A stretch of 63,100 nucleotides of DNA, filler included, from Octopus bimaculoides (Eukaryota): NCBI RefSeq assembly GCF_001194135.2. It is 6 parts of 6 records of this genome, joined end to end, with 100 filler letters (N's around TTAATTAATTAA, not from the genome) between each part and the next. Parts side by side here need not be neighbours in the genome. Positions count along the whole stretch, not along the records: positions 1 to 28,845 come from NC_068983.1; 5 more parts are not named here. One strand, written 5' to 3'. Position 1 is the first letter of the stretch, and every line of letters starts with the position of its first letter. The notes below the pieces were generated by a model. That model searched no databases and was not told the DNA's origin. It saw nothing but the letters and a program-made list of their open reading frames with translations. Below are positions 1-12,193 of the stretch, in pieces. The position numbers were made by a program, and so were the translations under genes.

Positions 1-477
1 TAGACAAAAAAACAGATGTATTAGTTTAATGCTCGGGGAATGGAAAAGTCTTTAACGTTCCGAGCCTACGCTCTTCCACAGGAAGGAATAGAGAAAGAAA
101 CAAGGAGAGAAAATAAAGACAGTGTAATGGCTAGCGATCTATCATAGCGAATGCCGGACAGAAGGGTCACACAGGAGAGCTTGGAAGAAGGAGAGATAAT
201 AAAGTAGTGGTGATCTCAAAACGAAGGTGCGCATGCGTGTGTATAAGGGAGCATGTATGTGCGTGTGGACGACGGCTGGTGACCTTGACGTGTGCGTGTG
301 CGTATGTGTAGGTGTGTGATTGTGGGGCTGGGAAGTGGTCAGTGCTAGTGTGCGTGTGGTGGTGTGATATGATGTGATGTGATACGGTGTTGTGTGGTAT
401 GGTGGTGTATGGTGTAGTGGTGTGTGGTGTGGGGTGATGGTCTTGGAATGTGGAGGAGAGGCGAGAGTGGGGTAAGC
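1..477 (-). mobile_element. Penelope-like element 3' part/pseudo-LTR (inverted paralogue of 22400-22886)
   Basis: The reverse complement aligns closely by eye with 22400-22845 (CACAC-rich tract, GTGTGACCCTTCTGTCCGGCATTCGC, GAAGAGCGTAGGCTCG..ACGTTAAAGAC). It contains a decayed hammerhead motif at about 49-85 and is cut by an N gap. Confidence 0.7.
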
Positions 478-920
478 NNNNNNNNNNNNNNNNNNNNNNN
501 NNNNNNNNNNNNNNNNNNNNNNNNNNNNNNNNNNNNNNNNNNNNNNNNNNNNNNNNNNNNNNNNNNNNNNNNNNNNNNNNNNNNNNNNNNNNNNNNNNNN
601 NNNNNNNNNNNNNNNNNNNNNNNNNNNNNNNNNNNNNNNNNNNNNNNNNNNNNNNNNNNNNNNNNNNNNNNNNNNNNNNNNNNNNNNNNNNNNNNNNNNN
701 NNNNNNNNNNNNNNNNNNNNNNNNNNNNNNNNNNNNNNNNNNNNNNNNNNNNNNNNNNNNNNNNNNNNNNNNNNNNNNNNNNNNNNNNNNNNNNNNNNNN
801 NNNNNNNNNNNNNNNNNNNNNNNNNNNNNNNNNNNNNNNNNNNNNNNNNNNNNNNNNNNNNNNNNNNNNNNNNNNNNNNNNNNNNNNNNNNNNNNNNNNN
901 NNNNNNNNNNNNNNNNNNNN

Positions 921-1138
921 TGTCTTTGTGTATGTGCTTGATCCCCACCACCGTTCGGTAACCGGTGCTGGTTTGTTTACATTCCTGTAAATTAGCTGTT
1001 CGGCAGAAAAACACTGATAGAATAAATAAAAGACTTTAAAAAAAGTACTGGGGTCGATTCATTGGACAAATATTTCTTCAAGGCGGTGCCCGAGCACGGC
1101 CGCAGTCTAATGACTGAAGCGAATAAAACGGTAAAAGT
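921..1138 (+). mobile_element. SINE family C, 3' half
   Basis: Matches the tail of 4819-5266 (ACCGGTGCTGGTTTGTTTAC...GTACTGGGGTCGATT...GGCGGTGCCCGAGCACGGCCGCAGTCTAATGACTGAA). Confidence 0.7.
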
Positions 1139-1164
1139 TATCGATATTATTATTAATAACAATG

Positions 1165-1325
1165 GTTTGTTATCTTTGTTGCTAATGTCGTTGCTATGTT
1201 ACAGGTGCAGTGTCTCCGGTTATTGTTATTGTCCTTGATGCTGCAGTTGTCATCGTCATCGTCATTGATGTTGTTGTAGTTGCAGTTGTTTTTGTTGTTG
1301 CTGGTGTTGTTGTTGTTGTTGACAC
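1165..1325. repeat. Degenerate trinucleotide (GTT/GAT/GTC)n low-complexity tract
   Basis: Directly visible; explains the poly-V and poly-N ORFs. Confidence 0.85.
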
Positions 1326-1494
1326 TGATATTCAAACAAGGGGAAATTATGTTCTGTCTCAAGTATTGCCTTATTCAACAAAACCTGCATCAATTAAACT
1401 TTAATAATCGCAATTTCTTTAATAAATGCAATGTTTAAACTTGGTAGAGACAGGCAAGCAGGCGGGCAGTCATACAGAGAAGACAGCTAATAAA

Positions 1495-1506
1495 TGAAGA
1501 CAGAGA

Positions 1507-1542
<36 letters not shown>

Positions 1543-1835
1543 AGAAAAAGAGGAGGGGAGAGACAGTGCAGGAGAGAGTGAGAGCGATGAAAAGACAGAT
1601 GTGTGGGTGTGTTGGCGCGCGCTCGTGTGCCTGCGTATGACTGCATGTATATGTACGTGTGTGCCTGTGCATACAGTCTCACACACATTTCTCACACATC
1701 CACTCTCTCTCACTCTCTCTAATATATATATATATATGCACATATTCACACACGCACACACATGCACACAACATATATACATAGATATATATATACATAC
1801 ATACATACATACATACATACATACANNNNNNNNNN

Positions 1836-1884
<49 letters not shown>

Positions 1885-2285
1885 TACACGTATGTATGTA
1901 TGTATGCATGCGTGTATATATGTATGTATGTGTGTATATATGTATGTATATACGCACATATTATATGTACGTGTTTACAGAAGTACATGTGTATATGTGC
2001 GTGCGTGCGAGTATGTGCGAGTGTGTACAAATGTGTGTGTGTGCACGCGCGCGTGTATGTGTGTGTGAGTGTGTACACACACACACACACACACACACAT
2101 AATATGCTCACACAAGTGTAAATACTCTCACGCGCACACCCTATATGCTGGTCGTATCATAAAGTAACATACTTACAAAACGCGCACATGAATACAACAC
2201 CTTACATTGAAACAAATATAGATATACAAATATATCTATATATCTATATTTATATACAAATATAGATATAAACACATGCTACAAT

Positions 2286-2330
<45 letters not shown>

Positions 2331-2394
2331 GTATATGTATATAAAGATATATATATAAATATATCAATATATATATATATATAAATGTATATAC

Positions 2395-2440
<46 letters not shown>

Positions 2441-2690
2441 GTATATATATGTATATAAATGGAGAGAGAGCGGGAGGGAAAGAAAGAGAGAGAGAGAGAA
2501 AGAGAGAGAAAGAGAGAGAAAGAGAGGGAGAGAGAAAGAGAGAAAGAGGGAGAGAAAGAGAGGGAGAGAAATAGATGGAGAGAGAAAGAGAGAGAGAGAG
2601 GGAGAGAACGAGAGGGAGAGAAAGAGAGGGAGAGAGAAAGAGAGAGAGGGAGAGAAAGAGAGGGAGAGAGAGAGAAGTACTTCCATACTT
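1495..2690. repeat. Compound microsatellite block (GA)n, (CA)n, (TA)n, (TACA)n, (GAGAAAGAGA)n
   Basis: Directly visible. Confidence 0.95.
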
Positions 2691-4233
2691 ACAATCATGG
2701 ATGCACATATACAAAAATACAGCTATATATGTAAGCTGCGCTGTGTTTGGCATCTTTCCCGTGTCATGAAGCCAAGGGTTATATATACAGCTACCTATTT
2801 AAATTTTCTTCAACGTTTTCGAACCTTGAACTATGTCGGCTTTTAGAATTTTATCGATCCACTGCTGATTCTAAGCCATTTTTCGACTCCATGCAAATTT
2901 CCATTGACCTCTGATAAAGTCTATATTGATCACTTTGGAAAGTTCTGAACTAAATGATGTACATTCTAACTACTTACTTTTACCTTTCGTCAATCTGAGC
3001 TGAAATCCTGATCATAACTTTTGCTTCTCATTTTAACTTCTCTTCTAGTTCTGGTCGTCAAAAGACGATGATAACCTCCGTGAAAAATTTTTAGCTTCTC
3101 AGCTAAAATAGTCACTAATTTTCCAGTACTTTCTAAATCGAATTCAGTGCGGTTTTATACGAAATGTAGCCAATCTTTGAGAAGCTCAACCTTCCTTGAT
3201 ATAATCTTTGCAATGTTAGTTACAAAGGTGTTTGATTTTAAACAAATCTCTACTAGTGTTAAACTATGTTCAGTTTGCTAAAACATATATCACAATAGAA
3301 TAGCTGACATTTTGGCAGGTAGGTTATTTTCCGCGTGTAGGCTATCTTAATGTACAATCTTTGATCATGTTCTGGAGTTTTTGCTATTGTTATTTAGCAC
3401 AAAGGTAGGTCTGACTAAGAAGACATATGAGATCATCAAAAATATTCTGTTCGTGACCATTGCGTCTTTTATACAGATTTTATAATTCCGGGAACACATA
3501 ATTCAGCCATAACATAAGGGGAATTTGGTTGGTATTTTTAGAACCTTGTGGTCACAAGAAATGAAGGGCGCACACTACGTCAAGTACTATATCAAGTACT
3601 ACCTCATGTCTAAATTTAAGACTGGACCATTATGGCAGGAATACTTTTCGTCATCGATTTGTTCGTTCAAGGCTGATCTGGTGTGATACTACAATTAGAA
3701 GCTATAAGATTCATGTACAATCCACCGCGGAAGATGTCTGCGTATCATCCCATATGCTGGATATAACAACCAAATCTCCTTCAGATTTCACCCGACTATC
3801 TTCACAAAAGATCACAAATGGTAATGTAGTTCTAAATGCGTTATGTTTGAATTAAAGTCGGTGTGGTCATAGAATGAACATATTTGGTGCTAAATATTTA
3901 AGCTGGGGTTAAAGACATAGCAGCTACAAAATGTGTGAGCCGGCAAAGCAAGAGCCTGTACATGGCCGCTCAACCTGTTAGAAATACTGACAAAATAATA
4001 TTCAAATTACTTTCAACAGTCTTAAAATGGGAAGGTCAGATTGGTTAGTGGAGATTATGCGTGAAAAAATTGAGAATGTCAGTGTTTACTTGGGGTTAAA
4101 CTCGAACATCCATGGAAACTATTTATGATAAATGAGAGGGGTGAAACAGTTGCAATTAAAATGCTAATTAAAATAAATCTCAACAACTATTTGTACTATT
4201 AATATTAGAGAGGTAATATTTACACCATGTTTA

Positions 4234-4465
4234 GGCGGCGAGCTGGCAGAAACGTCAGCACGTCGGGCGAAATGCTTAACGGTATTTCGTCTGCCGTTAC
4301 GTTCTGAGTTCAAATTCCGCCGAGATCGACTTTGCCTTTCATCCTTTCGGGGTCGATTAAATAAGTACTAGTTTATCACTGGGGTCGATGTAATCGACTT
4401 AATCCCTTTGTGTGTCCTTGTTTGTCCCCTCTATGTTTAGCCGCCTGTGGGCAATAAAGAAATAA
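4234..4465 (+). mobile_element. SINE family A, full-length
   Basis: GGCGGCGAGCTGGCAGAAACG head, CTGAGTTCAAATTCC B-box-like motif, central TTTGCCTTTCATCCTTTCGGGGTCGAT domain and GTGGGCAATAAAGAAATAA tail. Paralogues at 8038-8269 (-) and 33966-34197 (+). Confidence 0.85.
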
Positions 4466-4818
4466 ATTTTTAAAAAATCTACTTTAAAACATATTTACAA
4501 GAAAATGATTAAAATATATACAGAATTTTGTCAGTTGTTAAATTGGTAATTTCCAAAAAAATCTAGTTGATTAAAATTAATGTTATTTTAAAATAAGGGT
4601 CAACAGGCTACAAAATATATTAAGGGTAGTCTCTCGAGTTCGAGAAAGAGGATCTGGTAATTTCTTGGTGAACAAAGGGAAAAAATGATTTGTTTGTTGT
4701 GTTGCAAAAAAGGAGAGACGTTTAGCACTCCTCTTGACAAGGACAGAAGAGATCAATCGATCTTTCTAACACACATGGGCATTGGTCTCTACTTTAGAGC
4801 AACCTATTTCTTTCAGTT

Positions 4819-5006
4819 GCGCAGGCGTGGTTGTGTGGTAAGAAGTTTGCTTCCCAACGACATGGTTCCGGGTTCAGTCCCACTGCGTGACACTTTGGGC
4901 AAGTGTCTTCTACTATAACCTCGGGCCGACCAAAACCTTGTGAGTGGATTTGGTAGACGGAAACTAAAAGAAGCCTGTCGTATATATATATATATATATA
5001 TGTATG

Positions 5007-5043
<37 letters not shown>

Positions 5044-5266
5044 ATGTATATTGATGTGAGTGTGTTTGTGTGTCTGTTTATCTCCCTACCATCGGTTGAC
5101 AACCGATATTGGTGTGTTTACGTCCCCGTAACATAGCGGTTTGGCAAAAGAGAACTGATAGAATAAGTACTAGGCTTACAAAAAATAAGTCCTGGGGGAC
5201 GATTTCTTCGACTAAAGACGGTACTGTAGCATGGTCGCTGTCAAATGACTGAAACGTGTAAAAGAG
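4819..5266 (+). mobile_element. SINE family C, full-length with internal (TA)n(TG)n
   Basis: tRNA-like head (GCAGGCGTGGTTGTGTGGTAAGAAG...GGTTCAGTCCC), then the microsatellite at 4981-5050 and a tail ending GACTGAAAC..TAAAAGAG. Multiple paralogues lie in the window. Confidence 0.85.
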
Positions 5267-5329
5267 TGATGATAGAATGTATATGCTATACATTAGCTCA
5301 CTTCCTCCATCATGTCGATATTACCTGTA

Positions 5330-5465
5330 CAGGTGAACGGCGTACCAACTTCTAAGTGGTCGCAGAGCAATGTGAAATGAAGTATTTTGCTCAAGAACAT
5401 AACGCACCGCCCGGTCCGATAATCGAAAGATCGATAGCGTATACTTTTGCAATCAAGCCATACTC
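5330..5465 (-). mobile_element. Degenerate tRNA-head SINE fragment (related to 21438-21750)
   Basis: The reverse complement contains GCGTTATGTTCTTGAGCAAAATACTTCATTTCACATTGCTC, similar to the 21500-21545 segment. Confidence 0.5.
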
Positions 5466-5494
5466 CTTTACAGACTACAGCATATATTTACATT

Positions 5495-5692
5495 ACATTG
5501 GTTTCAAATGCTGGTTCAGGGCCAGTAATTTCAGGGGAGGGAGATATGTCGATCACATCGACCCAAGTATTCAACTGGTACGTATTTTACCGAGCCCGAA
5601 GTCAACGGAATTTGAACTCAGAACGTAAAAACGGATGAAATGTCTCTAAGCATTTTGCTCGTCGTGCTAACGATTCTGCCAGCTTACCGCTT
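5495..5692 (-). mobile_element. SINE family B (family A-like head, different tail), internally deleted
   Basis: GGAATTTGAACTCAGAACG...CTAAGCATTTTGCTCGTCGTGCTAACGATTCTGCCAGCT matches the reverse complement of the A/B head. Confidence 0.7.
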
Positions 5693-5697
5693 TAATA

Positions 5698-5709
5698 TCT
5701 ATCTATCTG

Positions 5710-5782
<73 letters not shown>

Positions 5783-5783
5783 A

Positions 5784-5815
<32 letters not shown>
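5698..5815. repeat. (TATC)n tetranucleotide microsatellite
   Basis: Directly visible. Confidence 0.95.
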
Positions 5816-6601
5816 ATAAATATACAGAGATTAGCTTGAGTTGCTTCTCCAACATACTGAAAATTNNNNNNNNNNNNNNNNNNNNNNNNNNNNNNNNNNN
5901 NNNNNNNNNNNNNNNNNNNNNNNNNNNNNNNNNNNNNNNNNNNNNNNNNNNNNNNNNNNNNNNNNNNNNNNNNNNNNNNNNNNNNNNNNNNNNNNNNNNN
6001 NNNNNNNNNNNNNNNNNNNNNNNNNNNNNNNNNNNNNNNNNNNNNNNNNNNNNNNNNNNNNNNNNNNNNNNNNNNNNNNNNNNNNNNNNNNNNNNNNNNN
6101 NNNNNNNNNNNNNNNNNNNNNNNNNNNNNNNNNNNNNNNNNNNNNNNNNNNNNNNNNNNNNNNNNNNNNNNNNNNNNNNNNNNNNNNNNNNNNNNNNNNN
6201 NNNNNNNNNNNNNNNNNNNNNNNNNNNNNNNNNNNNNNNNNNNNNNNNNNNNNNNNNNNNNNNNNNNNNNNNNNNNNNNNNNNNNNNNNNNNNNNNNNNN
6301 NNNNNNNNNNNNNNNNNNNNNNNNNNNNNNNNNNNNNNNNNNNNNNNNNNNNNNNNNNNNNNNNNNNNNNNNNNNNNNNNNNNNNNNNNNNNNNNNNNNN
6401 NNNNNNNNNNNNNNNNNNNNNNNNNNNNNNNNNNNNNNNNNNNNNNNNNNNNNNNNNNNNNNNNNNNNNNNNNNNNNNNNNNNNNNNNNNNNNNNNNNNN
6501 NNNNNNNNNNNNNNNNNNNNNNNNNNNNNNNNNNNNNNNNNNNNNNNNNNNNNNNNNNNNNNNNNNNNNNNNNNNNNNNNATATATATGTATAGACACAC
6601 A

Positions 6602-6642
<41 letters not shown>

Positions 6643-7583
6643 TATATTACACATTGATTAAGGGAAAAGAGAACAAAGAAAAGTAACAGCTCCTAACAAA
6701 TGTCTAAGCACCATAAAATTTCGTGAACGATAAAGAGAGCATTAATAGCTTTATATCTCTCGGTTATGAAATGACAAACAGGTGTGTGGGTGTCTCTCAG
6801 CGTGCGTGCTGGCTTCTGGCAATCTTTGGTAACGTGATTTAAATACTAATTCTACAGGAAAGAAAGTGGGGAATGTTGTGATTCGATTCGAACTCCCGCT
6901 TGCAGTTCAAAATCTTATGGATTAAACCAACTTTGGCTCTTCACCGCCAGTGCACGTCTGTTCGCTTAAGGTTGCAGGATACACTTCTCCACGTAACTCG
7001 GAAGGCTGTACATTTCCACCTAAAGCGAAAGAAAATACATTACTGCTTGAGGTGGAAGTATAGAAATCTAGCATGAGAATAATAGGAAGAATTCGTCTGT
7101 TTGGCGATTCGTTTCTTCTTTGCTCTTTAGAAAGGCTGTTCTATTGTACTCTGTTGCACAGGCTATGAGTGAGATCTTCCAATAAAACTATATTGATAGT
7201 TGTGTTTACTTTAAGCATTGTTTGTCTATTTGTCGACTGTATTTGTCTAGCTTTCTTACTCTTACTCAACCACTTCCCTCCCTCTCCTTCCCATACCTGT
7301 CTCTCTCTTTCTTTATATATATGTGTGTGTGTGAGTGTGTANNNNNNNNNNNNNNNNNNNNNNNNNNNNNNNNNNNNNNNNNNNNNNNNNNNNNNNNNNN
7401 NNNNNNNNNNNNNNNNNNNNNNNNNNNNNNNNNNNNNNNNNNNNNNNNNNNNNNNNNNNNNNNNNNNNNNNNNNNNNNNNNNNNNNNNNNNNNNNNNNNN
7501 NNNNNNNNNNNNNNNNNNNNNNNNNNNNNNNNNNNNNNNNNNNNNNNNNNNNNNNNNNNNNNNNNNNNNNNNNNNNNNNNNNN

Positions 7584-7632
<49 letters not shown>

Positions 7633-7716
7633 GTATATATAAATATGTACATGTAGTGATATTCTGCGTTGTTGTTTAACCCCTTGTGGCTATGAAACTT
7701 CTGTCGATTAATAATG

Positions 7717-7751
<35 letters not shown>

Positions 7752-7870
7752 TATAAATATCACATTTCTATATCTATTATACATACATACAAACACACAG
7801 GTAAACATTTAAATGTGAAGAAGAGGCAAGAAAGAGAATTTTCAATGGTGAAGTTAGAGTTATATAATTT

Positions 7871-8269
7871 ATTCTTCTCTACTCTAAGCACAAGGCCCAA
7901 AATTTCTGGGTAGGGGCCCAATCGATTAGATCGATCCCAGTACGCAACTGGTACTTAATTTATCGAACCCGAAAGGATGAAAGGCAAAGTCGACCTCGGC
8001 GGAATTTGAACTCAGAATGCAAAGACAGACGAAATACTTATTTCTTTACTTCCCACAAGGGGCTACACACAGAGGGGACAGACAAGGACAGACAAACGGA
8101 TTAAGTCGATTATATCGACCCCAGTGCCTAACTGGTACTTAATTTATCGACCCAGAAAGGATGAAAGGCAAAGTCGACCTCGGCGGAATTTGAACTCAGA
8201 ACGCAGTGGCAGACGAAATACCGCTAAGCATTTCGCTTGAGGTGCTACGGTTTCTACCAGCTCGCCGCC
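7871..8269 (-). mobile_element. SINE dimer: full family A (8038-8269) joined to 5'-truncated family B (7871-8037)
   Basis: Two consecutive copies of the GAAAGGATGAAAGGCAAAGTCGACCTCGGCGGAATTTGAACTCAGAA core, with different tails. Confidence 0.85.
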
Positions 8270-8363
8270 TTTGAGTTATATAATTTATTGGAAGCTGATA
8301 GTAAACAAGCGGTTACTCCGTGTTGTGCGTGTTCGCTATTCGGACGTCGACGTATTAATGCAT

Positions 8364-8395
<32 letters not shown>

Positions 8396-8714
8396 GAACA
8401 CGCATACACGTACAAATATCTATGTGTATGAGTGCATGTCCGTGTGTGTATGTGTCTGTCTATCTCTGTGTCTGAAGTGCAAATTACGTAAAGGAGAAAT
8501 GTAATCTGTCTGTCTGTCTATCAAATCTGTCTGTCTGTCTGTCTGTCTATCTATTTATCTATCGATACTTACCCGAATACTTACGCATATATACATATAC
8601 TCGTACATATATACATATACGCGAACATATATATACATATACGCGTACATTAAGCATTGATTACAAGTATATGCACACACATACACACACAAATTTATAT
8701 ATGTATGTCATTAT

Positions 8715-9053
8715 TTAGTTTAGTTTTATTTCAAGATTTCTTACCAATAAAGAAAGAACCGGTTTCTAACCTAGATCCAAGGCCCCTTCATTGGAATTTC
8801 CACATCAACAACAGGATATTTTTGCAGATTTGTATGTTTTGTTTTATGCATCTATTCTCATGCATATAGTTACATGCTAATATATAGTTAAATGATAAAC
8901 TTTGGGAAAGTTTTACAGATTTTTACAGTTCCAGTGATGGTTTGGATTTGTAGTCTTCGAATTAGCTTCCTTCTTTCTGGTTTTAAGAAACCTAATTTCT
9001 CAAGATTGATATTTAGGCAGTGTGTTACATATTCCAGTGCCCTAACGCCTACA
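8715..9053 (-). mobile_element. RLE-type (R4/Dong-like) LINE, extreme C-terminus plus 3'UTR
   Basis: The minus-strand peptide ALEYVTHCLNINLEKLGFLKPERRKLIRRLQIQTITGTVKICKTF matches copies at 52980-53420 and 54775-55700. The 3'UTR is shared with 54775-54860. Confidence 0.75.
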
Positions 9054-9419
9054 NNNNNNNNNNNNNNNNNNNNNNNNNNNNNNNNNNNNNNNNNNNNNNN
9101 NNNNNNNNNNNNNNNNNNNNNNNNNNNNNNNNNNNNNNNNNNNNNNNNNNNNNNNNNNNNNNNNNNNNNNNNNNNNNNNNNNNNNNNNNNNNNNNNNNNN
9201 NNNNNNNNNNNNNNNNNNNNNNNNNNNNNNNNNNNNNNNNNNNNNNNNNNNNNNNNNNNNNNNNNNNNNNNNNNNNNNNNNNNNNNNNNNNNNNNNNNNN
9301 NNNNNNNNNNNNNNNNNNNNNNNNNNNNNNNNNNNNNNNNNNNNNNNNNNNNNNNNNNNNNNNNNNNNNNNNNNNNNNNNNNNNNNNNNNCACACACACA
9401 CACACACACACAGAGGCAC

Positions 9420-9590
9420 ACACATATTTATACGACGGGCTTCTTTCAGTTTCCGCCTACCAAATTCACTCACAAGGCTCTGGTCGGCCCGAGGCTATAG
9501 AAGAAGACATTTGCCCAAGGTACCACACAGTAGGATTGAACCCGGAACCATGTGATCAGGAAGCAAACCACGCCTGCACCAATATCTATA
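9420..9590 (-). mobile_element. SINE family C, 5' half
   Basis: Reverse complement of the 4819-4982 head (TACGACGGGCTTCTTTCAGTTTCCG...GAACCCGGAACCATGTG...CACGCCTGC). Confidence 0.85.
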
Positions 9591-9613
9591 TACATATGTG
9601 TGTGTGTGTGTGT

Positions 9614-9645
<32 letters not shown>

Positions 9646-10341
9646 AGGCATGCATATACAGTTGTGAGCCGGAATGCCAATCTAAAATGATACATTGGTT
9701 TAACCGAAGGCCCCTTCAAGTTTCGAAACAAAATAATCCTACCTTACCTTCATATGTTTCTCACACGATCTGTACATTTTTCTCAAATTTCAAAATCTTA
9801 CTGAAATAATTGACAATATGCTCAGTAACAGCGACGATCAACTCGAAGATATTCAATCAATCTTAATACGTTCCAGCAGATGTGAACGTAGATATGCTGT
9901 TGCTATTTTGCCTTCAAAGAACAATTTGTCAATTTAGACAATATGTGCTGGTAACACACGCGATTTACTGACGTAACAGAATTTTAAGATACCAGGGTTT
10001 CGACATCTTGCTGCCTCTTCAATCAAAGCCATTCCGGTTCACTGAAATTACTCAAGATCAGTCGCTTTTGTAGAATCAGGCAATAGATTATTTTCTGATG
10101 CTCGTTGATGTCTGTCAGAACATCTACATGATTGCCCAGAAAGTAGATTTGGGTGAGTTTGGATTTTGGTTTTGAAATTTAAAATCGATTAAGCATTGAT
10201 TACAAGTATACTATCGCTAGGAGAGGCATGGACTTCACAGCTTCACACTTATACAACATACACGTTCGCACACACAAACACATACATACATTATTATAAA
10301 CAACCATGCACAATGTGATACCATAGAGCAATAATATAATT

Positions 10342-10413
<72 letters not shown>

Positions 10414-10510
10414 GTATATATATGTATAATGTATATATATATGCATATATTATATATATCATATATATATTATATATATATTATATATGTATTATATATA
10501 TTATATATAT

Positions 10511-10549
<39 letters not shown>

Positions 10550-11175
10550 NNNNNNNNNNNNNNNNNNNNNNNNNNNNNNNNNNNNNNNNNNNNNNNNNNN
10601 NNNNNNNNNNNNNNNNNNNNNNNNNNNNNNNNNNNNNNNNNNNNNNNNNNNNNNNNNNNNNNNNNNNNNNNNNNNNNNNNNNNNNNNNNNNNNNNNNNNN
10701 NNNNNNNNNNNNNNNNNNNNNNNNNNNNNNNNNNNNNNNNNNNNNNNNNNNNNNNNNNNNNNNNNNNNNNNNNNNNNNNNNNNNNNNNNNNNNNNNNNNN
10801 NNNNNNNNNNNNNNNNNNNNNNNNNNNNNNNNNNNNNNNNNNNNNNNNNNNNNNNNNNNNNNNNNNNNNNNNNNNNNNNNNNNNNNNNNNNNNNNNNNNN
10901 NNNNNNNNNNNNNNNNNNNNNNNNNNNNNNNNNNNNNNNNNNNNNNNNNNNNNNNNNNNNNNNNNNNNNNNNNNNNNNNNNNNNNNNNNNNNNNNNNNNN
11001 NNNNNNNNNNNNNNNNNNNNNNNNNNNNNNNNNNNNNNNNNNNNNNNNNNNNNNNNNNNNNNNNNNNNNNNNNNNNNNNNNNNNNNNNNNNNNNNNNNNN
11101 NNNNNNNNNNNNNNNNNNNNNNNNNNNNNNNNNNNNNNNNNNNNNNNNNNNNNNNNNNNNNNNNNNNNNNNNNNN

Positions 11176-11210
<35 letters not shown>

Positions 11211-12161
11211 AGCTTATTGTCTAAATCAGCAACGAACTTTATGTTATGGTGATGAATTTTAGATGAATCGTCAAAATGATCCAATTTCGATTCTCAGTTG
11301 GATTCACTTCACTTGTAACACAAACACTTTTCAATATTTTTGCTTTTCGCTTTGTAATTCTGTTGTTTATTGTCAGATGTAAGAACAAATATTGTTAGTT
11401 AAGTTGTGAGGGAACGTAAGTACTGTAATGATCCGATTCTCAAAGATGTAGCAACCAGTCGATACTGCGTTAAATTTGACTATAGATTTCTATGACATCG
11501 GTATACTTAAACAGCACTTTTAATGTTGTGAGTATACGTATATGTGTGCATGCGTAAGTGTGTGTTTTTATGGAAAGTATTCGTCTAAATTGGTAAGAAC
11601 ACTATATATTACATTGGTTTGGCTCACAAAACTGTAAAGATTAAACTGCATATCACCAAGGAATCAACTATGGTAGACCATCATCGTATCTGATAGAAAA
11701 GATGGTTTAATTTATCTCTCCTCTACTCAAAGCCATGAAACCAAACTAAGCAACGGCACATATAACACGCAGGACTATTATGAAGTATTTATATTTTACT
11801 TTTATTTTCGCATAAGACAACAGTACATCCAACCTCAGACGTAGAAATGGTGAGCGTATCAAAATTTGGAATATTATCATGGTAGTATTTAGATATCATG
11901 GACAGCACGAACCGAAAGATGTATGCGTAATATATTGCTAGAGCAGAAAATGTAGCACTTTAAATTTTATGTGTACAGTAAAACCTCATATTTGTGAAAC
12001 ATATACATACATATATACATATGCATAATCTCACTCTTACACACACACATGTGTGTATGTGTGTCTATCATATATAGATAGATATTTAAATTTATGTATG
12101 TATTTCTATACGTATACATACAAATATATACATATATATGTATATCTATCTATATCTACAT

Positions 12162-12193
<32 letters not shown>

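Noticed and set aside
2770-3320. Coding-looking unique segment (minus frame NRTEFDLESTGKLVTILAEKLK...; plus frame FWSSKDDDNLREKFLASQLK*)
   Set aside because: Stops interrupt the frames and I recognise no family; it cannot be assigned without a search.
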